Assembly (NCBI GenBank): GCA_014191975.1
Contig: BJHG01000001.1
Coordinates: forward strand, 1,224 to 65,223
Source of the DNA: Methylococcaceae bacterium
GTDB lineage: Bacteria > Pseudomonadota > Gammaproteobacteria > Methylococcales > Methylomonadaceae
Direction: 5' to 3'
DNA: 64,000 bases
The notes under the pieces are model-generated. The model was given only the letters and a program-made list of their open reading frames with translations. It did not search any database and was not told the DNA's origin. Below, in pieces: positions 39,468-49,251 of this stretch. Position 1 is the first letter of the stretch. The number at the start of each line of letters is the position of its first letter. A program made the position numbers and the translations under genes.

Positions 39468-40526
39468 ATGAAACTACTTAGTCTTTTATTTTTAATTTTT
39501 TTTACTCAAATCAGTTTTGCTCACGATGCAGGTTTGAGTTCTGCTGATGTAATTTTGAATGAAAAAGGCGTTGATGTTTCAATGACGTTTGCTTTGCAAG
39601 ACACCGAAGCTTTTGCGCCAATGGATAACGACGGCGACGCAGACGTGAGTAATGAAGAACGCGAAGCATCAAAACCTGAAGTTGCCGCGTTGATTGCAAA
39701 AGAATTGGAAGTCACGCTAAACAATCAAAACGTGAAACCGTTTGAAATCGCTAACGTCACATTTGACGCACAAAATAACGCGCATCTTTTGTTTCATTAC
39801 CAACCCGCGGCAACCAGTTTAAAAATGCAGTTGTTGTTTTTAAATAAATTGCCTGACGGTCACAAACAAGTCGTGACGATTAAAGACACAACAGGCAAAA
39901 ATCTCAGCGAAAAAATGCTCACGCAACACGATAACGTTATCGAATTAAATTTAGCAGCTGGCGAAAGCACGTCGATGTTTAAAGATTTTTTTGTGCTTGG
40001 CGTTGAACACATTTTGACGGGTTACGACCATTTGCTGTTTTTGTTTGCGTTATTGATTGTGACGCATCGTTTTTGGTCGGCGTTTGGAATTATTACGTTT
40101 TTCACGATTGCTCACTCGATTACGCTTGCGCTCGCTGGCATGAATTGGGTCACGATTCCCAGCACGATTGTTGAACCGTTAATTGCCGCGTCGATTGTGT
40201 ATGTTGGCGTAGAAAATTTGATTCGCAAAGAACCCAAAGGCAGAAAATATCTAACGTTCGCGTTTGGGTTGATTCACGGTTTTGGTTTTGCGGCGGTGTT
40301 ACAAGAAATGAACATTACTAGCATCGAATCGGGAATTTTGGTGCCGCTGTTTTCGTTCAATTTAGGCGTTGAAACAGGGCAGTTAATCGTTACGTCGATT
40401 TCATTACCAATCATTTGGTGGTTGCATACAAAACCACTCATCGAAAAATACTTCGTTCCCGTTTGTTCAACGATTGTCTGCATTGCAGGCGGATATTGGT
40501 TGATTGAACGCACACTTTTACAATAA
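39468..40526 (+). CDS. HupE/UreJ-family membrane protein with N-terminal periplasmic domain
   Basis: Signal peptide, an acidic DNDGDADVSNEE segment, then GVEHILTGYDHLLFLFALLIV and IHGFGFA, which are HupE/UreJ_2-like motifs. Confidence 0.75.
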   Translation: MKLLSLLFLIFFTQISFAHDAGLSSADVILNEKGVDVSMTFALQDTEAFAPMDNDGDADVSNEEREASKPEVAALIAKELEVTLNNQNVKPFEIANVTFDAQNNAHLLFHYQPAATSLKMQLLFLNKLPDGHKQVVTIKDTTGKNLSEKMLTQHDNVIELNLAAGESTSMFKDFFVLGVEHILTGYDHLLFLFALLIVTHRFWSAFGIITFFTIAHSITLALAGMNWVTIPSTIVEPLIAASIVYVGVENLIRKEPKGRKYLTFAFGLIHGFGFAAVLQEMNITSIESGILVPLFSFNLGVETGQLIVTSISLPIIWWLHTKPLIEKYFVPVCSTIVCIAGGYWLIERTLLQ

Positions 40527-40540
40527 TTTTTATAATAACA

Positions 40541-42703
40541 ATGAGGAAAATTATGAAAAAAAATCATCCTTTTAAACTGACGCTGTTATCGCTGGCGATT
40601 GCGGCAAGTTTTTCAGCTTACGCACACGCCGAATATATCGAAACTGAAACACCCGTTGCGGAAAGCGATAAAAAAGTTAAAAAAACCAAAAAAGCAAAAA
40701 CAGACAAAACGGTTGAATTTGAAGATATGGTTGTCACAACCGAACGCGCAGATTCATTAGTTGGTATTGCGGGCAGCGCGTCACAAGGAAACGTCGGACA
40801 AGAACAATTAAAATATCGTCCCGTGACACGTCCGAGCGAAGTGTTAGAAACCGTTCCAGGTTTGATTTCAAGCCAACACAGCGGCGAAGGGAAAGCCAGC
40901 CAGTATTATTTGCGTGGTTTTAATTTAGATCACGGAACAGATTTTTTAACGCAAGTTGACGGCGTGCCTGTGAATTTGGGTTCGCATTCACACGGTCAAG
41001 GCTGGATGGACACCAATTTTTTAATTCCTGAAATGATTAAAACGATTGGTTATCAAAAAGGAAATTATTACGCAGAAAATGGCGATTTTTCGAGTGCAGG
41101 TGCGGCAAACATTCAGTATTTTAGTGATTTGCCAGAGCATACCTTTAAATTTACAGGCGGCAGTTTCGATTATTACCGTGGTTTAGTGATGGGTTCACAA
41201 AAAGTGGGCGATGGGCATTTAGCGTATGCAGGCGAAACAGTTCACAACGGAGGACCTTGGCAAGTCAGTAACGAGTATTTGAAATTTAACGGCGTTTTAA
41301 AATACAGCGAAGAACACGGAAATCAAGGTTGGAGCGTCACGGGAATGGCAATGGCGGCAGATTGGAATTCGACTGACCAGATTCCGAAACGAGCTGTAGC
41401 GAATGGCACAATCGACCGTTTTGGCGCAGTTGACCCAACGGATGGTGGACGTTCCGACCGTTACAGTGTGACAGGTGAATGGCATCGTCAAGACAAAAAC
41501 AGTAAAACGCAAATTATGGCTTACGGTTTGTACACGTCGCTCGATTTATATTCTAACTTCACTTATTTCATGGATGACCCCGTTAATGGCGACCAATTCG
41601 GACAACCCGATGAACGTTTTGTCACAGGTTCAAAAGCTAGTCACACGATTTTTCATAAATTAGGACAATTTGATTCTGAAAGTACGTTTGGTTTGCAATT
41701 CCGTAACGACAATATCAATAACGCTTTAACCAAAACTAAAGCCCAACAAACGCTCGATATAACTCGAAAAGATAACGTTTGGGTAAGCAGTTTAAGTCCG
41801 TATTTCGATAACAAAACGACATTTACAAATTGGTTGCGAACAGATGTGGGCGTGCGTTTTGACGGTTATCGTTTTGAAACAAGTAAGAGCAATCGAGCCG
41901 AAAATAATGGCACGGTCTACGATGGTTTAGTCAGTCCTAAAGCGGGCATTATTTTTGGTCCTTGGGCTGAAACCGAATTTTATTTAAACGGTGGTTTGGG
42001 TTTTCATAGCAACGACGGGCGTGGAGTAAACATGAAAGTTGATCCCAAATCAGGTGAAAAAGTAAATCCCGCTGTGCCATTATCGCGTACTTACGGCGCA
42101 GAAGTTGGAATGCGGAGCAACTGGATTAAAGGTCTGAATAGTACGCTGGCGATTTGGTGGCTCGATATTGATTCGGAATTATTATTTGTCGGAGACGCCG
42201 GGACAACCGAAGCAAGTCATCCAAGCCGTCGTTACGGGATTGAATCGGCAAACTACTATTCACCCAACGATTGGCTCATGTTTGATGTAGATTTAAGTTT
42301 CTCAAAAGCCCGTTTTCAAGGTAATCCAGCCGAAGGGAGTTATATTCCAGGTTCCGTTGAAACGGTGATTGCTTCAGGTGCAACATTTCACGATGTATTG
42401 GGTGGATTTTATGGTGGTCCAAGATTGCGTTATTTTGGACCAAGAGCGTTGATTGAAGATAACAGCATCCGTTCAAAAGAAACCGTTATGCTTTCGACAA
42501 TGGTCGGTTATGAATTTAACAAACATTGGAAGTTGCAAGCCGAAGTATTCAATTTATTGGGCAGAAAAGACAGCGGAATTGATTATTACTATGGCTCTTG
42601 TTTAAAAACAGATACAAGTTGCCCGGACGGTGGAAATCAAGATGTTCATTTTCATCCCGTTGAACCGTTGAGTTTTAGAATGACGTTATCGACCAGTTTT
42701 TAA
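40541..42703 (+). CDS. TonB-dependent outer-membrane receptor
   Basis: Signal peptide, plug region (DMVVTTER...VLETVPGL...YYLRGFNLDHGTDF), a long beta-barrel and a terminal aromatic residue (..LSTSF). Confidence 0.88.
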   Translation: MRKIMKKNHPFKLTLLSLAIAASFSAYAHAEYIETETPVAESDKKVKKTKKAKTDKTVEFEDMVVTTERADSLVGIAGSASQGNVGQEQLKYRPVTRPSEVLETVPGLISSQHSGEGKASQYYLRGFNLDHGTDFLTQVDGVPVNLGSHSHGQGWMDTNFLIPEMIKTIGYQKGNYYAENGDFSSAGAANIQYFSDLPEHTFKFTGGSFDYYRGLVMGSQKVGDGHLAYAGETVHNGGPWQVSNEYLKFNGVLKYSEEHGNQGWSVTGMAMAADWNSTDQIPKRAVANGTIDRFGAVDPTDGGRSDRYSVTGEWHRQDKNSKTQIMAYGLYTSLDLYSNFTYFMDDPVNGDQFGQPDERFVTGSKASHTIFHKLGQFDSESTFGLQFRNDNINNALTKTKAQQTLDITRKDNVWVSSLSPYFDNKTTFTNWLRTDVGVRFDGYRFETSKSNRAENNGTVYDGLVSPKAGIIFGPWAETEFYLNGGLGFHSNDGRGVNMKVDPKSGEKVNPAVPLSRTYGAEVGMRSNWIKGLNSTLAIWWLDIDSELLFVGDAGTTEASHPSRRYGIESANYYSPNDWLMFDVDLSFSKARFQGNPAEGSYIPGSVETVIASGATFHDVLGGFYGGPRLRYFGPRALIEDNSIRSKETVMLSTMVGYEFNKHWKLQAEVFNLLGRKDSGIDYYYGSCLKTDTSCPDGGNQDVHFHPVEPLSFRMTLSTSF
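42673..42703 (+). repeat. Left copy of a 31-nt direct repeat (the 3' end of the TonB-receptor gene)
   Basis: ttttagaatgacgttatcgaccagtttttaa. Its partner at 44019-44049 differs at 2 positions. Confidence 0.85.
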
Positions 42704-42705
42704 GC

Positions 42706-42737
42706 AAAAAAAGGCGTGAACATTTCACGCCTTTTTT
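42706..42737. terminator. Rho-independent, bidirectional terminator
   Basis: aaaaaaaggcgtgaa-cat-ttcacgccttttttg is a 10-bp stem with flanking A and T runs. Confidence 0.85.
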
Positions 42738-42759
42738 GTAACGCTAAATTATGAAAGGC

Positions 42760-43887
42760 TTAATTTCCTTTCACTATCATAGGCTCAAAAGTAAATACAT
42801 TAGGATTTTTCGGTGTGACCGTCACTTTAATCCAATGATTACTTGGACTACCAAAATTTTCAACACGAGTGAAATTTTTCACCATAACTTCTTTTTTCAT
42901 GGTTTGTTGCATGAGTGGTTTATCAACTCTAAAGAAATGATTGTCACCGTGTACTAACACAACTTGCCCAGTAAAGTCTTTGGTTTCAGAAATTAATGCT
43001 GCAAGGAATGCATCGTAGCCATCATGGGTAGCCAAATTTGACACAATGGTTGCTCTTTCGTCAACCTTTTCTGTTTCAGGTAAGTCGAATACGGGATCAG
43101 CTTGGATAACAATCATCACGCCAGCTGCTGAACCCTCTTTAGCAATTTGAAAGGATTCTTTCATGAAAGCGATATTCGCTGCATCACGTTTGACATATTC
43201 TGCGGTGTCTGCATCACAATCTGCTTGTGTACGACCGCTTGTTGCGTTGATACATTCTCCGGCATTGACTTTATTATTGTTACTGCCCGGAACATTTAGA
43301 GTAACAAATACAACATTACCTTTAGTCCAACGACTGTTTTCTGAATATTCTGCACCTGGCGTACCTTGACGAATCAGAGTCAATTGAGTTTTAGGATTAC
43401 TGCCAAAACTTTTAGTTGTGCTGAACATATTTTCACGAAGAAATTTAAGGCGCCCTAAATTGTTGTAACTTCCGTTAGTTGTGCGATGACAATCTGTCCA
43501 TTCATTATCCCCTGGCACATAAACGGTAGGACTAATCAAACTGTTGAACATAGCAGTAGACGAATCTTTAAGTGTTGCGTCGTTACACAATGAGCTACCG
43601 TCTTTTGTATCGCCTCCGAAAATAGTAAAGCTTACTTTTGCATTATTAATGCTTTTCGTTAAGCGTGTAATCGCTGTTGTGCCGTCTGTTGTAGCGTCTA
43701 GTGCAGGAGCAGCAACAGTTGAAGGCGTGGTATCACCATTTTTGACATAAGGCATATCACTCCAAAGTGCAAAGGTAAATGCAGCCTCTTTGAGCTTCGC
43801 TGGCGCCGCATGTGAAATAACGGGAGTGATTGCATTTGCCACTACGACCAATGTGATAAAGCTAAGCAGGGTTAAATTCTTGTTCAT
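42760..43887 (-). CDS. Secreted calcineurin-like metallophosphoesterase
   Basis: Signal peptide MNKNLTLLSFITLVVVANAITPVISHA; motifs WSDMPY, VPGDNEWTDCHR and VLVHGDNHFFRV. The internal ATG at 43887 is preferred. Confidence 0.7.
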   Translation of the reverse strand: MNKNLTLLSFITLVVVANAITPVISHAAPAKLKEAAFTFALWSDMPYVKNGDTTPSTVAAPALDATTDGTTAITRLTKSINNAKVSFTIFGGDTKDGSSLCNDATLKDSSTAMFNSLISPTVYVPGDNEWTDCHRTTNGSYNNLGRLKFLRENMFSTTKSFGSNPKTQLTLIRQGTPGAEYSENSRWTKGNVVFVTLNVPGSNNNKVNAGECINATSGRTQADCDADTAEYVKRDAANIAFMKESFQIAKEGSAAGVMIVIQADPVFDLPETEKVDERATIVSNLATHDGYDAFLAALISETKDFTGQVVLVHGDNHFFRVDKPLMQQTMKKEVMVKNFTRVENFGSPSNHWIKVTVTPKNPNVFTFEPMIVKGN

Positions 43888-44018
43888 TTTGTCGCTCGTA
43901 ATGATTCGTTGAAAAGTTAAAATAGGGCAGATAAATTTATAATCTGCCCAAACGCCCGCATTGTAGATTTTAAATTGTGACAAAATCATGACTTAAAATA
44001 AATTTTAGTAACATTAAT

Positions 44019-44049
44019 TTTTAGAGTGACGTTATCGACTAGTTTTTAA
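44019..44049 (+). repeat. Right copy of the 31-nt direct repeat
   Basis: ttttagagtgacgttatcgactagtttttaa lies in the intergenic region upstream of the peroxiredoxin gene. Confidence 0.85.
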
Positions 44050-44155
44050 ATCCTGTGTCAAAATGTTCCATTTTAAAATTCCGACTGTTTTAGTGTAGAA
44101 TTATAGAGTCGTAAAAAGATAACCGTTTTAATCATTTTCATTTTAGGAGTTATGT

Positions 44156-44761
44156 ATGAGCGTTTTAGTTGGTAAACAAGCACCAGATTTCAAAGTTCCA
44201 GCGGTTTTAGGGAATGGCAAAATTGTTGATTCATTCAGCTTTTCAGAAGCGACAAAAGGCAAATATGCGATTGTTTTTTTCTATCCGTTAGATTTTACGT
44301 TTGTTTGCCCAAGCGAATTGATTGCCTTAGATCATAGAATGGACGAATTCACAAAACGTAATGTTGAAGTGGTTGCGGTTTCTATCGATTCACATTTTAC
44401 GCATAACGCATGGCGCAATACGCCTGTTAATCAAGGTGGTATTGGTCATGTAAAATACACGATGGCGGCAGATTTAAGTCATTCAATTGTGAATGCTTAT
44501 GATGTCGCTGTTGAAGGTGTAGGCATCGCATACCGTGGTGCATTTTTAATCGACACAACGGGCAAAGTTCGCGCTCAAATCGTGAACGATTTGCCATTAG
44601 GTCGTAACATCGACGAATTAGTACGAATGGTTGATGCGTTGCAATTCCACGAAGAACACGGCGAAGTTTGCCCAGCAGGTTGGAAAAAAGGCGATGCAGG
44701 TATGAATGCAAATCCAGCGGGTGTTGCAGAATACTTAGCAAACAACGCAGATAAATTATAA
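44156..44761 (+). CDS. Typical 2-Cys peroxiredoxin (AhpC/Tsa family)
   Basis: FFYPLDFTFVCPSE peroxidatic Cys motif and a resolving EVCPAGW motif. Confidence 0.92.
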   Translation: MSVLVGKQAPDFKVPAVLGNGKIVDSFSFSEATKGKYAIVFFYPLDFTFVCPSELIALDHRMDEFTKRNVEVVAVSIDSHFTHNAWRNTPVNQGGIGHVKYTMAADLSHSIVNAYDVAVEGVGIAYRGAFLIDTTGKVRAQIVNDLPLGRNIDELVRMVDALQFHEEHGEVCPAGWKKGDAGMNANPAGVAEYLANNADKL

Positions 44762-44777
44762 GCGTTTGCTGAAATGT

Positions 44778-44817
44778 AAAAAGGCGTGAATTACTTATGT
44801 AATTCACGCCTTTTTTT
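44778..44817. terminator. Rho-independent, bidirectional terminator
   Basis: aaaaaggcgtgaattac-ttat-gtaattcacgccttttttt is a 14-bp stem that shares its first 10 bp with the terminator at 42706. Confidence 0.85.
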
Positions 44818-44829
44818 ACATTTGGAGAT

Positions 44830-46509
44830 TTAATTTTCTGACGTGACACGCATCACTTCTTCTAAAGTTGTCAAGCCTTGCAACACTTTCTGCAAACCGT
44901 TTTCATACAACGTTATCATCCCCTCTTCTCGCGCCATCGTTTCAATTGTACCTGCTGAAGAATGCGCCATAATCAATTTGCGAATTGCATCCGTCATGGG
45001 TAAAAATTCAATAATCGCTAACCGTCCACGATAACCCAAACCACCACACGACTTACAACCAATCGGTTTAAAAAGTATAATGTCACCTTGAGCTTGAAAA
45101 CGGCGTAAACGTATTTCATTAACGACTTCCTCTGGTGCAATATAAGATTTTTTGCAGGATTTACAAAGTTGTCGAACCAACCGTTGTGCCAAAATACCAT
45201 TCACCGTCGACGTCAGTAAATACTGCTCCAACCCCATATCGAGCAACCGAGTTACGCCGCCGGCTGCATCATTCGTGTGTAAGGTCGAAAGCACCAAATG
45301 TCCTGTTAACGCCGATTGCACCGCAATTCGTGCCGTTTCTAAATCGCGCATTTCCCCAATCATAATCACATCGGGGTCTTGACGAACAATGGATCTCAAC
45401 GCCACCGCAAACGTCAGTCCGATTTGCGGTTTCGCTTGAATTTGATTAATACCATCCATTTGATACTCAACAGGATCTTCAACGGTGATAATTTTTCGTG
45501 CGGTCGTATTTAATTGTTTCAACGCGGCATACATCGTGGTTGATTTACCTGAACCAGTTGGACCCGTGATAAGAATAATGCCGTGTGGTTGTGCTAGAAC
45601 ATCGAGAAACTGTTCTAATTGCCGCCCTGAAAAACCCAACGCTTCAAAATCCAACACCGTATTTTCTTTATCGAGTAGCCGAATCACCACGCTTTCGCCG
45701 TACATCGTGGGAATCGTGGAAACCCGCAAATCTAATTCTTTACCCAGCATTTGTACTTTAATTCGTCCGTCTTGCGGTAAACGCCGTTCGGCAATATTGA
45801 GTTTCGCCATAATTTTAATACGTGAAATCACAGCGGCAGTTGATTTCACAGGTGGTGCTTCAATGTCTTGCAACATCCCATCGACGCGTAAACGGACTTT
45901 TAAACTTTGCTCAAAGGGTTCAATATGAATATCCGAGGCTTTCACTTCAATGGCACGTTGCATAATTGCATTCACCATTTTAATCACAGGGGCTTCACTA
46001 GCTAAATCTTTTAAATGCGCCAAATCCTCCTCGCCCAATTCGTCAAAATTAAAATCGTCTGTGGATTCGATTTTGGTTTGATCTTGTTCGTATTGCACGG
46101 CAATTGCTGCATCGATTTCAGATAAAACCCCAACCTGCGGCACAATCGTTTTTCCCATCGCCAAACGTAAGGCGTCTAAAACAAAATCATCTTCAGGATC
46201 AAGCATTGAAACCGTTACGCTTAGTTCGTCTGCACTCAAACCAATCAAATGGTAATGTTTCAAAAAACGCAGTGAAATGTCGTCAGGTAATATTTTTTCT
46301 AACGGATATTGCTCAGATGTAATTTTAGAAAAACTACCACTTTCAACAAATGCTAAAGCAACGTCCAGTTCGGAACATAATCCTAATTTAATGAGCATTG
46401 TCGGCAAGCTGTCTGCGACGGCCGTTTTTTGCATTCGTTCCACCTTTTTTAAATCAGATAGTGAAAGTTTGCCTTTGTTTTGAAGAATAGATAGGAAATT
46501 GTGTGACAC
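44830..46509 (-). CDS. GspE/PulE/PilB-family secretion ATPase (orphan at this locus)
   Basis: T2SSE N-terminal domain, Walker A ITGPTGSGKST, the Asp box, Walker B DPDVIMIGEMRD, and tetracysteine CKSC...CKSCGGLGYRGR. Confidence 0.88.
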   Translation of the reverse strand: MSHNFLSILQNKGKLSLSDLKKVERMQKTAVADSLPTMLIKLGLCSELDVALAFVESGSFSKITSEQYPLEKILPDDISLRFLKHYHLIGLSADELSVTVSMLDPEDDFVLDALRLAMGKTIVPQVGVLSEIDAAIAVQYEQDQTKIESTDDFNFDELGEEDLAHLKDLASEAPVIKMVNAIMQRAIEVKASDIHIEPFEQSLKVRLRVDGMLQDIEAPPVKSTAAVISRIKIMAKLNIAERRLPQDGRIKVQMLGKELDLRVSTIPTMYGESVVIRLLDKENTVLDFEALGFSGRQLEQFLDVLAQPHGIILITGPTGSGKSTTMYAALKQLNTTARKIITVEDPVEYQMDGINQIQAKPQIGLTFAVALRSIVRQDPDVIMIGEMRDLETARIAVQSALTGHLVLSTLHTNDAAGGVTRLLDMGLEQYLLTSTVNGILAQRLVRQLCKSCKKSYIAPEEVVNEIRLRRFQAQGDIILFKPIGCKSCGGLGYRGRLAIIEFLPMTDAIRKLIMAHSSAGTIETMAREEGMITLYENGLQKVLQGLTTLEEVMRVTSEN

Positions 46510-46560
46510 GAGCTAGTACTCTAGTGTGATTAAATGATTAACAAATTCGTGTATTTTTGT

Positions 46561-46599
46561 GAAAAAAAAGCCTTGTGTTGACCACAAGGCTTATTTTTA
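46561..46599 (-). terminator. Rho-independent terminator after the tRNA pair
   Basis: On the minus strand this reads aaaaataagccttgtgg-tcaa-cacaaggctttttttttc. Confidence 0.8.
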
Positions 46600-46600
46600 T

Positions 46601-46676
46601 TGGCTCCCCCGGACGGATTCGAACCGCCGACCCAATGATTAACAGTCATTTGCTCTACCGGCTGAGCTACAGGGGA
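46601..46676 (-). tRNA. tRNA-Asn (anticodon GTT)
   Basis: The reverse complement is TCCCCTGTAGCTCAGCCGGTAGAGCAAATGACTGTTAATCATTGGGTCGGCGGTTCGAATCCGTCCGGGGGAGCCA. It folds as a cloverleaf with anticodon loop CTGTTAA and an encoded CCA end. Confidence 0.95.
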
Positions 46677-46690
46677 ATAAACTGTCTAAC

Positions 46691-46767
46691 TGGTGCGCTT
46701 GGAGAGATTCGAACTCCCGACCGATCGGTTCGTAGCCGATTACTCTATCCAGCTGAGCTACAAGCGC
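46691..46767 (-). tRNA. tRNA-Arg (anticodon ACG)
   Basis: The reverse complement is GCGCTTGTAGCTCAGCTGGATAGAGTAATCGGCTACGAACCGATCGGTCGGGAGTTCGAATCTCTCCAAGCGCACCA. The acceptor stem is GCGCTTG/CAAGCGC and the anticodon loop is CTACGAA. Confidence 0.95.
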
Positions 46768-46888
46768 TTTGTTAAGGCATCATTATTATTTCTAATCGAA
46801 TTATTGTCAAACGTTAATTTAACAAATTGAACTTTTTGTTATCGTTATCAAATACAAATAAAAACAAAATCAAATAATTATGAAACAA

Positions 46889-47173
46889 TTATTCAATTAC
46901 TTTTGGCACTAAATACAAGCCGTCTTCGGTTTGTGGTGCGATAGTTTGAAAATAGTCACGCTGATTATTTTCGGTGACATTATCTAAACGTAATCGCTGC
47001 ACTTGATCCATCGGATGCGCCATTGCCTTAACACCATCGGTGTTTAATTCGCTCATTTGTGCCATTAACATTAAAATCCCATTCAAATCGTCCGCATACG
47101 CAGAAACATTTTCATCTTCAATTCCTAGCCGTGCTAAGTGGGCAATTTCTTTAACTTCTATTACTGATAACAT
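46889..47173 (-). CDS. gatC: Asp-tRNA(Asn)/Glu-tRNA(Gln) amidotransferase subunit C
   Basis: MLSVIEVKEIAHLARLGIEDENV... and the C-terminal ..YLVPKVIE are typical GatC. It is divergent from mreB, as in Pseudomonas-type synteny. Confidence 0.88.
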   Translation of the reverse strand: MLSVIEVKEIAHLARLGIEDENVSAYADDLNGILMLMAQMSELNTDGVKAMAHPMDQVQRLRLDNVTENNQRDYFQTIAPQTEDGLYLVPKVIE

Positions 47174-47267
47174 CTCATGTAACTCCACTGAATTTTTTTT
47201 GATTTTTGTATTATCATATTAGCAGACTTTAAGGCTTGCTCAATAATACGCTTGATTGCTAAAGTAA

Positions 47268-48344
<1,077 letters not shown>

Positions 48345-48414
48345 TTTTACTTTCCTCTAATCTTCACAGGTTTTTGTTATCAAACTCTTATTTGCAACTG
48401 GTTCTTCGATTAAC

Positions 48415-49251
48415 ATGCGCTTGATGCTTGCAATTATTGCATCAATCGTGTTGTTAATTACTGAATATCGAAGTGAACGCTTGATGCCAGTTCGTGCGAC
48501 ATTATCAATAGCGACAGATTCATTAAAATATCTTGTTGATTTGCCAATCAGCGTGTTTGAAAACGCTTCCGAAGCCTTAAACAGTTATTCCACGCTCAAA
48601 ACTGAAAATACCGATTTACGTCAAAAACAGTTAATCCACAAAACGCAATTACTTAAATTCGAAGCTCTCGAAAAAGAAAATATTCGACTTCGTGCCTTGC
48701 TTGAAAATTCGTTTAAACTCGGTGAACAGGTTTTAATTGCCGAATTACTGTCAATCAATCTAGTGCCTTACGAACACATTGTAGTCGTGAATAAAGGTAC
48801 TCGTTTTGGTGTTCATCCACGACAACCCGTTTTGGATGAAAATGGCGTGGTCGGGCAAGTTTTTCGAGCGTTACCTTTCACATCTGAAATTATGTTAATT
48901 ACCGATCCGAATCATGCCATTCCGGTGCAAGTGAATCGAAATGGTTTACTGACGATTGCTGTTGGTAGTGGCATTTTAAATCAACTTAACCTGCCCTATT
49001 TGCCAAATAATTCCGACATTCAAGCAGGAGATTTATTGGTTACGTCAGGTTTAGGTGGTACATTTCCAGCAGGTTATCCTGTTGCTGTGGTTGATAATTT
49101 TCCACAAACATCGAATAAATCGATTACCCACATTACCGCTACGCCAAAAGCGATGCTTGACCGTAATCGTGAATTATTAATTGTGTGGACAAATAACACA
49201 CCGATTCCACTCATTATACCCGTTATTAAAACACCTACCTCGCATGAATAA
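48415..49251 (+). CDS. mreC: Rod shape-determining protein MreC
   Basis: TM anchor, coiled coil (ENTDLRQKQL...EKENIRLRALL) and beta-barrel domains (GVVGQV..., LVTSGLGGTFPAGYPVA). The frame is open upstream (..IKLLFATGSSIN), so the true start may be earlier and non-canonical. Confidence 0.88.
   Translation: MRLMLAIIASIVLLITEYRSERLMPVRATLSIATDSLKYLVDLPISVFENASEALNSYSTLKTENTDLRQKQLIHKTQLLKFEALEKENIRLRALLENSFKLGEQVLIAELLSINLVPYEHIVVVNKGTRFGVHPRQPVLDENGVVGQVFRALPFTSEIMLITDPNHAIPVQVNRNGLLTIAVGSGILNQLNLPYLPNNSDIQAGDLLVTSGLGGTFPAGYPVAVVDNFPQTSNKSITHITATPKAMLDRNRELLIVWTNNTPIPLIIPVIKTPTSHE

Noticed and set aside
42706-44817. The two terminators share the same 10-bp stem AAGGCGTGAA/TTCACGCCTT, which might indicate a repeat family or cassette boundary
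   Set aside because: Only two copies are visible and both function plausibly as ordinary terminators. That is too little evidence for a repeat-element claim without a genome-wide count.
45485-45928. 147-aa plus-strand ORF, and other 60-140-aa ORFs antisense within gspE, pgk, serA, mrdA, the helicase gene and others
   Set aside because: They are fully embedded antisense in strongly supported genes, lack RBS context and have odd composition. I treat them as shadow ORFs.
44830-46677. tRNA-Asn as an integration site of a genomic island containing gspE, the peroxiredoxin gene and the phosphoesterase gene
   Set aside because: There is no integrase and no duplicated tRNA 3' segment downstream. The only repeats found bracket the phosphoesterase gene alone, and they derive from the TonB-receptor gene.
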